NCBI GenBank assembly: GCA_010909165.1
Contig: MU008153.1
Coordinates: 744,001-808,000, forward strand
Direction: 5' to 3'
DNA: 64,000 nucleotides
Source of the DNA: Anthoceros angustus
Lineage: Eukaryota; Plantae; Anthocerotophyta
Made by a program: the position numbers and the translations under genes. This document shows, piece by piece, positions 10,840 to 21,577 of this stretch; position 1 is the stretch's first letter; every line of letters starts with the position of its first letter. The notes under the pieces were generated by a model. The model had not been told where the DNA came from, made no database searches, and saw only the letters and a program-made list of their open reading frames with translations.

Positions 10840-13800
10840 TCAGTGGTTGTAAATGTGCATCCAAGCAGGGTCGTTTATTCTTTGTGGCCGACATGAATTT
10901 TGTGGCAGTTGGATGGTCAACAGAGAGCAGACCATGTTTTCACAGTGATTATAGGTGACCATGAATTCACAACAATGATGGGGTTTCCCTCGGGTGTCAG
11001 TGTTTTTGTTTATATCATGAGCTACCTCTAAGGCTGGAGAGTTCACATATTGCGCATCCCCCTCCTTCTTCCTCTTGAAAGATAGCTGCTGTAGTCCTGC
11101 TTGACCTCGGGTATGCTTCTCATCCCCAACCAGAAAACTATGCACAACTCCATCCTTATCTGTCCACCAGCTCTGACCTGACAGTTTCCATGCACTGATC
11201 CGGTTCCTCCTCGCCTGCATCTTCTGTGCCTGCTCCCACATCTGGGCACTGATGTAAATGTTCAACATCAACACGTGAGCTGCAGCATCCTTGGTGTCTA
11301 GCTTCACCGCCTCATGGAAAGCATGGAGTCCCACCTCCACATTGCTCCACGTCCGACAAGCACCCAACAGAGTGCGCCAAACTGCAGCATTAGGAAGTAC
11401 AGGCATGGTTCTCACTAAAGCTAGTGCTTCATCCAGCTGTCCTGCACGACCCACCATATCCACCATGCATGTGTAGTGCTCACTTGTGGGAGTGATGCCA
11501 TAGTGTGTGCTTATAGCCTGAAAGTACTCCCGTCCCTTGTTGACTAGACCCGCATGACTGCACACTGTGAGTACACTGAGAAATGTGACCCCAACTGGCT
11601 GTATGCGGTCCTCTTTCATTCTTTCGACCAAGTCAAAGACCATTTTGCTGTCTCCTTGACAGGTGTAGCCTGCAATCAGTGCATTCCAGGCGACGGCGTC
11701 TCTTTTGTTCAATCCATCAAACACCTGCTGTGCATCAACCATGCTCCCGGACTTCCCATACATGTTGATCAGACTGTGAGCTACAAACACATCAGATTGA
11801 AGCCCTCGTTCTGCAACCCGTGCATGAAGCTGCCTTCCCAGATACAAAGCTGCCAGTTTCGCACATGCCTGCAGGAGGCAAACGAATGTCAGGGCATCGG
11901 GTGCAGCAAAGTCATCTTCTTGCATAGTACTGTAGAGACGAAGGGCTTCCTGCCCCATCCCCTGTTGGGAATAGCCTGCTATCAAGGCATTCCATGTCAC
12001 CACATCTTTGTGGCCAAGTTGATCAAACACCATCTGTGCATCTTCTAAGCTGCCACACTTTGCATACATGTTCACCAAGCTGTTAGCTACATACTCATCA
12101 GCTTGATGTCCTAATTTTCTAATTTGCCTATGAAGATGTTTTCCCTTCTCCAAACCCGGGGTGCCTATACTTGCACATGCCTGCAGGAGGCACACAAATG
12201 TCACAGAATTGGGTACAGTCATGCCTTCTTCTTGCATAGCACTGTAGAGACGAAGGGCTTCCTGCCCCATCCCTGTTGGGAATAGCCTGCTATCAAGGCA
12301 TTCCATGTCACCACATCTTTCTGACCAAGTCCGTCAAACACACTCTGTGCATCTTCCAAGCTGCCACACTTTGCATACATGTTCACCAAACTGTTGGCTA
12401 CAAACAAATCAGCTTGAAGCCCACGGTCTCTAATCTGCATATGAAGCTGCTTCCCTTCTCCAACGCCAGGGTGCCCACACTGGCACATGCCTGCAGGAGG
12501 CACACAAATGTCACAGAATTGGGTACAGCCATGCCTTCTTCTTGCATAGCAATGTAAAGGTGGAGGGCCTCCTCGCCCATGCCCTGCTGGGAATATCCTG
12601 CTATCAAGGCATTCCATGTCACCACACTTTGCATACATGTTTATCAAACTGCTGGCTACAAACAAATCAGCTTCACAACCTCTCGCTAATCTGTGCATGA
12701 ATCTGCTTCCCTTCTCCAATGCCAGGGTCCCCACACTTGCACATGCCTGCAGGAGGCAAGCAAACGTCACAGAATTGGGTACAGCCATGCCTTCTTCTTC
12801 TTCCATAGCACTGTAGAGACGAAGGGCTTGCTGGCCCATTCCCTGCTGAGAGTATCCTGCTATCATGGCGGTCCAGGTCACCACATCTTTCTGACCGAGA
12901 CCGTCAAACAGCCTCTCAGCATCTTCTAACCCACCACACTTTGCATACATGTTCACCAAACTGTTGGCTACAAACAAATCAGCTTGAAGCCCACGGTCTC
13001 TAATCTGCCCCATGAAGATCCTTCCCTTCTCCAAGCTGGGTGCCTATACTCGCACATGCCTGCAGGAGGGACACAAAAGTCACAGAATCAGGAACCGCCA
13101 TGCTGTCTTCTTGCATAGCCCTGTAAAGCCGAAAGGCTTCCTGACCCTGCCATGCTGGGAATACCCGCAATCATTGCATTCCAAGTTACCACATTCTTCT
13201 GCCCAAGTCCGTCAAACACGCTCTGCGCGTCCTCCAAGCTGCCACACTTTGCATACATGTGCACCAAGCAACTACCCACGAACAAGCCAGGCCCAGCCCC
13301 ACTAGCCATCACATCAGCATGCACCTGCTGCCCAGATCTCAGGTCTCCAGCCCTTGCACAAGCCTGAAGAGCGGTCACAAACACCTGCCCCATGCCCTGC
13401 TGGGAATATCCTGCTATCATGGCAGTCCATGTAACCACACTTTTGTGTCAAGTCCGTCAAAACTCTTCGGGAGTCTTCCAAGCTGCCACACTTTGCATAC
13501 ATGTTCACCAAACTGCTGGCTACGAATACATCGCCTTGATGACCCTGGTCTCTAATCTGCATATGAAGCTGCTTCCCTTCTCCAACGCCAGGGTGCCCAC
13601 ACTTGCACACGCCAAGGAGGCACACAAAAGTCACGGAATCAGGAACAGCAATGCCTTCGTCTTGCATAGCAATGTAAAGGTGGAGGGCCTCCTCGCCCAT
13701 GCCCTGCTGGGAATATCCGCTATCATAGCATTCCACGTCACCACGCCTTTGTGACCAAGTCCGTCAAACAATGTCTGGGCATCTTCCAGGCTGCCACACT

Positions 13801-16800
13801 TAGCATACATGTTCACCAAGCTGTTGACTACAAACAGATCATTCTCATATCCTCTATTTCAACCTCTACATGAAGCTGCTTCCCTTCTCCAACGCTGTAG
13901 TGCCCACACTGGCACATGCCTGCAGGAGGCAAACAAATGTAACAGAATCGGGTCCAACGATGACATCTTCTTGCATAGCACTGTACAGATGAAGGGCCTC
14001 CTTGCCCAAACCCTGCTGGGCATATGCTGCTATCATGGCAGTCCATGTAACCACACTTTTTGTGTCAAGTCCGTCAAAAACTCTTCGGGAGTCTTCCAAG
14101 CTGCCACACTTTGCATACATGTTCACCAAACTGCTGGCTACGAATACATCGCCTTGATGACCCTGGTCTCTAATCTGCATATGAAGCTGCTTCCCCTTCT
14201 CCAACGCCAGGGTGCCCACACTTGCACACGCGTCAAGGAGGCACACAAAAGTCACGGAATCAGGAACAGCAATGCCTTCGTCTTGCATAGCAATGTAAAG
14301 GTGGAGGGCCTCCTCGCCCATGCCCTGCTGGGAATATCCGGCTATCATAGCATTCCACGTCACCACGTCTTTGTGACCAAGTCCGTCAAACAATGTCTGG
14401 GCATCTTCCAGGCTGCCACACTTAGCATACATGTTCACCAAGCTGTTGACTACAAACAGATCATTCTCATATCCTCTATTTCGAACCTCTACATGAAGCT
14501 GCTTCCCCTTCTCCAACGCTGTAGTGCCCACACTGGCACATGCCTGCAGGAGGCAAACAAATGTAACAGAATCGGGTCCAACGATGACATCTTCTTGCAT
14601 AGCACTGTACAGATGAAGGGCCTCCTTGCCCAAACCCTGCTGGGAATATCCTGCTATCAAGGCATTCCACATCGACACATCTTTCTGACCAAGTCCGTCA
14701 AACACACTCTGTGCATCTTCCAAGTTGCCACACTTCGCATACATGGTTACCAAACTGTTGGCTACAAACACATCAGCTTCATGTCCACGTTCCCTAATTT
14801 GGGCATGAAGATGCTTCCCCTTCTCCAGAGCCAGGGGGCCAACACTTGCACATGCCTGCAGGAGGCACACGAAAGTTACAGCATCTGGAACAGAGATGCC
14901 TTCTTCTTGCATAGCGCCATATAGATGAAGAGCTTCATGCCCCATGCCCTGCTGGGAATATGCTGCTATCATGGCAGTCCATGTCACGACATTCTTTTTC
15001 CCCAGTCCATCAAACAGTCTCTGAGCGTCTTCCAAGCTGCCACACTTTGCATACATGTTCACCAAGCTGTTAGCTACATACTCATCAGCTTGATGTCCTA
15101 ATTTTCTAATTTGCCTATGAAGATGTTTTCCCTTCTCCAAACCCGGGGTGCCTATACTTGCACATGCCTGCAGGAGGCACACAAATGTCACAGAATTGGG
15201 TACAGTCATGCCTTCTTCTTCCAAAGCGCTATAGAGCTGCAGAGCTTCATTACCCATGCCCTGCTGGGCATATGCTGCTATCATGGCAGTCCATGTAACC
15301 ACATCTTTCTGACCAAGTCCGTCAAACACACTCTGTGCATCTTCCAAGCTCCACACTTTGCATACATGTTGATCAGACTGTGAGCTAGGGACACCGGACG
15401 ATCATATGAAAGAGGAAGATCCCTGTACTCAAGTTAGTGGCAAGCCTTGGCACATGTCTTTACAAACTTGAAAAGTCTCGGCCGGGATGGTGCCATGGCC
15501 GGGATGGTGCCCTGGGTCTAGGGATGAAGAGAACAAAATAGACAAAGATAGAGAGAATCTTGATGACCGCATAGGCGTTTGGGTCCTTCCAAATCCATCG
15601 TCATCACATTCCAGACACTGTGTATGTGTAAGTGAATGTAGGAATGGAATCTGTGTATGTGTAAGTGAATGTAGGAATGGAATCTGGGTGCTGTTCTATA
15701 AACCTTGACCTTCAAGTTCTCCTTATCTAGGTTCATATATCTCCTAAATTATTTAATAGAAAGCATATTTAAATATACAATAAAATATTGGGCAGTGGAT
15801 ACCCGGACAGAAGGAGGGTATGTACATGTAGCAGGTGCCAGGGAGGTTGGTGGAGCGTGCATTTATGGGGAATGAAACGCGTAACGGTTGGCACGAATGA
15901 AGCGCAGCAGTACTGTAGAGACGAAGGGCTTGCTGGCCCATTCCCTGCTGGGAATATCCTGCTATCATGGCGGTCCAGGTCACCACATCTTTCTGACCAA
16001 GTCCGTCAAACACACTCTGTGCATCTTCCAAGCTGCCACACTTCGCATACATGTTCACCAAACTGTTGGCTACAAACAGATCATTCTCATATCCTCTATT
16101 TTATCTTCACATATCTGCACCTACCTTGATATATAATTTAAGATATACTACTCCCATATTGTTCTAACCTATGTATGCTCTCCCAAACCTTTGGCACGAA
16201 TGCATAGAACAGCAACAAAATAATCCTCCTCAAGTGAATCTTTAGAATAGCAGCCCTCATGGTTTTCATACTATGGGTAGAACTATGGACACTCCTTCGC
16301 GGGAAAAGGCTAGAACTTATGAAAGAGGAAGATTTGTGAGCTAGGGACACCGGACGATCATATGAAAGAGGAAGATCCCTGTACTCAAGTTAGTGGCAAG
16401 CCTTGGCACATGCCTGCAGGAGGCAAACAAATGTAACAGAATCGGGTCCAACGATGACATCTTCTTGCATAGCACTGTACAGATGAAGGGCCTCCTTGCC
16501 CAAACCCTGCTGGGAATATCCTGCTATCAAGGCATTCCACATCGACACATCTTTCTGACCAAGTCCGTCAAACACACTCTGTGCATCTTCCAAGTTGCCA
16601 CACTTCGCATACATGGTTACCAAACTGTTGGCTACAAACACATCAGCTTCATGTCCACGTTCCCTAATTTGGGCATGAAGATGCTTCCCCTTCTCCAGAG
16701 CCAGGGGGCCAACACTTGCACATGCCTGCAGGAGGCACACGAAAGTTACAGCATCTGGAACAGAGATGCCTTCTTCTTGCATAGCGCCATATAGATGAAG

Positions 16801-18357
16801 AGCTTCATGCCCCATGCCCTGCTGGGAATATGCTGCTATCATGGCAGTCCATGTCACGACATTCTTTTTCCCCAGTCCATCAAACAGTCTCTGAGCGTCT
16901 TCCAAGCTCCCACACTTTGCATACATGTTTATCAAACTGCTGGCTACAAACAAATCAGCTTCACAACCTCGCTCGCTAATCTGTGCATGAATCTGCTTTC
17001 CCTTCTCCAATGCCAGGGTCCCCACACTTGCACATGCCTGCAGGAGGCAAGCAAACGTCACAGAATTGGGTACAGCCATGCCTTCTTCTTCTTCCATAGC
17101 ACTGTAGAGACGAAGGGCTTGCTGGCCCATTCCCTGCTGAGAGTATCCTGCTATCATGGCGGTCCAGGTCACCACATCTTTCTGACCGAGACCGTCAAAC
17201 AGCCTCTCAGCATCTTCTAACCCACCACACTTTGCATACATGTTCACCAAACTGTTGGCTACAAACAAATCAGCTTGAAGCCCACGGTCTCTAATCTGCC
17301 CATGAAGATCCTTCCCCTTCTCCAAAGCTGGGTGCCCTATACTCGCACATGCCTGCAGGAGGGACACAAAAGTCACAGAATCAGGAACCGCCATGCTGTC
17401 TTCTTGCATAGCCCTGTAAAGCCGAAAGGCTTCCTGACCCTTGCCATGCTGGGAATACCCCGCAATCATTGCATTCCAAGTTACCACATTCTTCTGCCCA
17501 AGTCCGTCAAACACGCTCTGCGCGTCCTCCAAGCTGCCACACTTTGCATACATGTGCACCAAGCAACTACCCACGAACAAGCCAGGCCCAGCCCCACTAG
17601 CCATCACATCAGCATGCACCTGCTGCCCAGATCTCAGGTCTCCAGCCCTTGCACAAGCCTGAAGAGCGGTCACAAACACCTGCCCATTTGGCTTCACACT
17701 GGACCGGCACATCCGGCGATACAATTCTACAGCCTGCTTGCTCTGCCCGTGCTTAACATGCGCATGAATTATGGACCCCCACATTAAGGCATCCGGCCTG
17801 GCCACCACCTCAAAGACATCCTTGGCATCCTGCAACCTGCCATGAGAAGAATACATTCGCAGGATGTGATTGCACAGGAACGTGTCTGACTCATAGCCCT
17901 TCTTGACCATAAAAGCATGCACACGCCTACCCAGAACAACATCCTTATTCACCGCACATCTCCTCAAAACAGAGAAAAAAAGAGGTTTGGAAATACAGCT
18001 CTCTGTCTGCACCATAACTCCCAACGCCTCCACGGCCTCATTCAGCTTGCCATCACCACATAGCTTGCTCACCATTTCAGCCCGGCTACTGTCGGAAACA
18101 CAACCACCCATGTCCATATCAAGAGCGAGGACCTTCAGTGGAAAACCCATGTCCAGCGAGATTTCCTCTAAGACAAGCTGGCATGCTCCACCTGCCGACT
18201 GCTTGTGAGCCAAGTGTTGATTCCTGGATGTCAGACGAGCATGACCTCTTCCTACAATGCTGCTTAACCCACCATATCGTTGGGTCAAAGGAGAATGCAG
18301 CAGCAACAGATCCTCTTGCCCGTTGCATGACTCAATTCTAATGCTCCACACACCCAT
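10840..18357 (-). CDS. Long PLS-class PPR editing-factor gene with WW-type PG-box and decayed DYW. As assembled it is split and scrambled (N-terminal ORF 16390-18375, C-terminal ORF 10840-12306)
   Basis: Highly homogeneous triplets (MYAKCGSLEDAQ.VFDGLGQKDVVTW.A.IAGYSQQG / VP.SVTFVCLLQACAS.G..ALEKGK.LH), E1/E2, then WKLSGQSWWTDKDGVVHSFLVGDEKH. The first in-frame ATG is at 18357. The intervening material consists of duplicated pieces of the same gene. Confidence 0.8.
12220..15378 (-). repeat. Re-ordered near-identical copies of PLS motifs from the same PPR gene, many frameshifted by 1-bp homopolymer deletions
   Basis: Examples: 14534-15035 = 16404-16905; ~12640-13390 is approximately 16925-17685; ~13420-13990 is approximately 14040-14610. 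Differences such as cttcccttctccaagctgggtgcctat (13021) vs cttccccttctccaaagctgggtgccctat (17311). Confidence 0.85.
15379..16412 (+). repeat. Displaced duplicate of the PPR/SAMDC intergenic region (copies of 20077-20621 and 19833-20154) with a short PPR piece between them
   Basis: Direct sequence identity apart from homopolymer/short-repeat length changes. Junctions at 15379-15387, 15909-15918, 16093-16101 and 16404-16412. Confidence 0.9.
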
Positions 18358-18519
18358 TACATCCAAGGAGCACACATTCGCAGCGAGACTACATCTCGAC
18401 CCCGGCGTCGAGCATTACCCACCTCTATTTTATCTTCACATATCTGCACCTACCTTGATATATAATTTAAGATATACTACTCCCATATTGTTCTAACCTA
18501 TGTATGCTCTCCCAAACCT

Positions 18520-19943
18520 TTGGCACGAATGAAGCGCAGCAGTACTGTAGGTGTCTCGAATTCACGATTCACGACCGAGATCGAGGTCGAGGAGCGAGCG
18601 CGGCGTGGGGGCCCGGCCCGGCATGCAAGTCATGGCAGGCTGCGGGTAACCAGGACACCACACCAATGTACACCATGGAGATGTGCATGACTGAACTTGA
18701 CAGGAGGCTGCGTCTCAGTTTTACAAGACGACACATGTATCTGCAGCCCGGATGACTGAGGCCACTGGAATCTCGAAAATCTTGCCCAGGTCTGAGAAGA
18801 GGCTGGAATTGGAATTCCTGTCCGATTCCTCTGATCTGACTTGCCTAGGGCTGAGAGCTGTCGCGTGCTGAGATTGATGAGATTTTGAAGCAGGCCGAGT
18901 GCACGATTGTCTCTCAACTTAGCAACGAGTGCCTGGACTCTTATGTCCTGTCAGAATCCAGCCTCTTCATCTATCCCCTTAGAGTTGTGATCAAGACTTG
19001 CGGCACTACGCAGCTTCTCCTTGCCATCCGTCCTTGCTGGAGGCTGCGTCTCAGTTTTACAAGACGACACATGTATCTGCAGCCCGGATGACTGAGGCCA
19101 CTGGAATCTCGAAAATCTTGCCCAGGTCTGAGATCTCTGCCTTTGCCTTCGATCCCTGCGGCTACTCAATGAATGGCATTGAAAGTGCGGCACATTCCAC
19201 CATCCATGTGACCCCGGAAGATGGATTCAGCTATGCCAGCTTTGAGGCCATGGGATATGTACCTGGAAACATTGATTTGCGAGCGGTAGTGGATAGAGTT
19301 GTCCGCATCTTCAAACCAGCCGTTTTTCCTTGGCGTTGGACGTGACTGGCAGTGCGGGTGCGGACCATGTTCGATCGTCTTCCGTCTGCCCTCGCGGTTA
19401 TTTTGTTGATGGAACCAGCCAGCAAGAATTCCAGAACCGCATTGTCATCTTTCGTACCTACAGGGCGGAGATAGCTTGCTCACCATTTCAGCCCGGCTAC
19501 TGTCGGAAACACAACCACCCATGTCCATATCAAGAGCGAGGACCTTCAGTGGAAAACCCATGTCCAGCGAGATTTCCTCTAAGACAAGCTGGCATGCTCC
19601 ACCTGCCGACTGCTTGTGAGCCAAGTGTTGATTCCTGGATGTCAGACGAGCATGACCTCTTCCTACAATGCTGCTTAACCCACCATATCGTTGGGTCAAA
19701 GGAGAATGCAGCAGCAACAGATCCTCTTGCCCGTTGCATGACTCAATTCTAATGCTCCACACACCCATTACATCCAAGGAGCACACATTCGCAGCGAGAC
19801 TACATCTCGACCCCGGCGTCGAGCATTACCCACCTCTATTTTATCTTCACATATCTGCACCTACCTTGATATATAATTTAAGATATACTACTCCCATATT
19901 GTTCTAACCTATGTATGCTCTCCCCAAACCTTTGGCACGAATG
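18520..19943 (+). repeat. Scrambled duplicate of SAMDC promoter/CDS pieces followed by a second copy of the PPR 5' end
   Basis: Source order: 20591-20759, 22109-22268, 21645-21906, 22174-22615, then 18060-18531. Each switch sits on a perfect 9-12 bp shared word. Confidence 0.9.
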
Positions 19944-20315
19944 CATAGAACAGCAACAAAAATAATCCTCCTCAAGTGAATCTTTAGAATAGCAGCCCTC
20001 ATGGTTTTCATACTATGGGTAGAACTATGGACACTCCTTCGCGGGAAAAGGCTAGAACTTATGAAAGAGGAAGATTTGTGAGCTAGGGACACCGGACGAT
20101 CATATGAAAGAGGAAGATCCCTGTACTCAAGTTAGTGGCAAGCCTTGGCACATGTCTTTACAAACTTGAAAAAGTCTCGGCCGGGATGGTGCCATGGCCG
20201 GGATGGTGCCCTGGGTCTAGGGATGAAGAGAACAAATAGACAAAGATAGAGAGAATCTTGATGACCGCATAGGCGTTTGGGTCCTTCCAAATCCATCGTC
20301 ATCACATTCCAGACA

Positions 20316-20381
20316 CTGTGTATGTGTAAGTGAATGTAGGAATGGAATCTGTGTATGTGTAAGTGAATGTAGGAATGGAAT
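20316..20381 (+). repeat. Perfect 33-bp tandem duplication
   Basis: ctgtgtatgtgtaagtgaatgtaggaatggaat x2 (also present in the displaced copy at ~15618-15683). Confidence 0.9.
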
Positions 20382-20639
20382 CTGGGTGCTGTTCTATAAA
20401 CCTTGACCTTCAAGTTCTCCTTATCTAGGTTCATATATCTCCTAAATTATTTAATAGAAAGCATATTTAAATATACAATAAAATATTGGGCAGTGGATAC
20501 CCGGACAGAAGGAGGAGGGTATGTACATGTAGCAGGTGCCAGGGGAGGGTTGGTGGAGCGTGCATTTATGGGGAATGAAACGCGTAACGGTTGGCACGAA
20601 TGAAGCGCAGCAGTACTGTAGGTGTCTCGGAATTCACGA

Positions 20640-21000
20640 TTCACGACCGAGATCGAGGGATCGAGGGATCGAGAGATCGAGGTCGAGGAGCGAGCGCGGC
20701 GTGGGGGCCCGGCCCGGCCCGGCCCGGCCCGGCATGCAAGTCATGGCAGGCTGCGGGTAGAGGTGGGGCCGAAGATCGCGCCGGGCACTTGGCAAGTTGG
20801 CGTGCAAATTAAACGGCTGTTGCACCACGCCCCTTGGCGCCCATTGCCGGCTCTCCTGTGCGCCCCCTTGTCTGCCTTGGACGCATGCCTCATCCTCTCT
20901 GCAGGCGCTGCCACAGTGCTCGGGCGGCCGATCACGCGCCTGCACAGTGCGGGTGAGTTCGCGCGGGTTTTATAGCGCTCCGCTGCGCCCGCATTCTTCC
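20640..21000 (+). promoter_or_regulatory. GC-rich SAMDC promoter region with a (GGCCC)5 tract and a TATA-like element
   Basis: GATCGAG repeats at 20650-20686, ggcccggcccggcccggcccggccc at ~20706-20730, and tttatag at ~20969-20975 followed by a pyrimidine-rich stretch, directly upstream of the uORF cassette. Confidence 0.45.
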
Positions 21001-21190
21001 TCCTTCTCCTTTCCTCTGCTCTGCTTTGCTTTGCTTGTGTGCCGGATTTCGATTTGCTTGTGGTAGATCTAGAGTAGGCTTCCGCCACCGGCGTCGGGGT
21101 CCATGCACGTCGCCTCCGATGCCTTCTCACCATCCTAGGTTTGTGCCTCAGGTAGTTCCAAGACGTGCACCCGAATTCGCCTCAGTACGA

Positions 21191-21199
21191 ATGATATGA
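21191..21199 (+). promoter_or_regulatory. SAMDC 'tiny' uORF (ATG ATA TGA)
   Basis: The last base of its TGA is the A of the small-uORF ATG (TGATG overlap), the established configuration in plant SAMDC leaders. Confidence 0.85.
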
Positions 21200-21351
21200 T
21201 GGCGGGAGCCGCAGGCGCCTTCCCCGCCGACGCCGATCGGTTTAGGCACCATTGCCCGCTCCAGTACCTGATTGAGGATATCCGCCCGCGTGGAGGAATT
21301 GAGAAGTTCCGCAGTGCTGCGTACACCGATTGCGGCCGCGAGCCGTCCTGA
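21199..21351 (+). CDS. SAMDC 'small' conserved-peptide uORF (AdoMetDC leader peptide), 50 aa: MAGAAGAFPADADRFRHHCPLQYLIEDIRPRGGIEKFRSAAYTDCGREPS
   Basis: The C-terminal half matches the plant SAMDC leader-peptide consensus (PLGYxIEDVRPxGGIxKFRSAAYSNCxxxPS*). Translated by hand; it is below the ORF-track size cutoff. A second in-frame ATG lies at 21196. Confidence 0.95.
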   Translation: MAGAAGAFPADADRFRHHCPLQYLIEDIRPRGGIEKFRSAAYTDCGREPS

Positions 21352-21478
21352 TGCGGGACGCGATCTGAGAGCTGCAGGCCAATTCTTGCGTTTTTGCAAG
21401 TCTGCACAGCTTGTAGATCAGCCCTGCTTCCGTTCTGCTGTCTTTCTCCCCGTTCTTGCCTTCCTTTTCGCCTTTCTC

Positions 21479-21510
21479 TTCCTTCCTTCCTTCCTTCCTT
21501 CCTTCCTTCT
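21479..21510 (+). repeat. (CCTT)n microsatellite in the SAMDC 5' leader, possibly within a leader intron ending at the AG at 21546-21547
   Basis: ttccttccttccttccttccttccttccttct inside a long polypyrimidine tract. The intron is inferred, not demonstrated. Confidence 0.7.
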
Positions 21511-21577
21511 TGCCTCCCTCCCTTGAGAAATCCTCACTCCGAAGTAGGTGGCAAGCGAGCCTTGGAATTGGCTAGAG

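Noticed and set aside
13809-17787. Long plus-strand ORFs over the PPR array (e.g. 13809-14924, 371 aa)
   Set aside because: Antisense shadows of the repetitive PPR coding frame, with no independent protein features.
18639-19479. Second SAMDC paralogue or SAMDC-PPR fusion gene (ORFs 18998-19345, 19330-19752)
   Set aside because: The pieces match 21645-22615 apart from small indels and are out of order. They are part of the mosaic, not an independently evolved gene.
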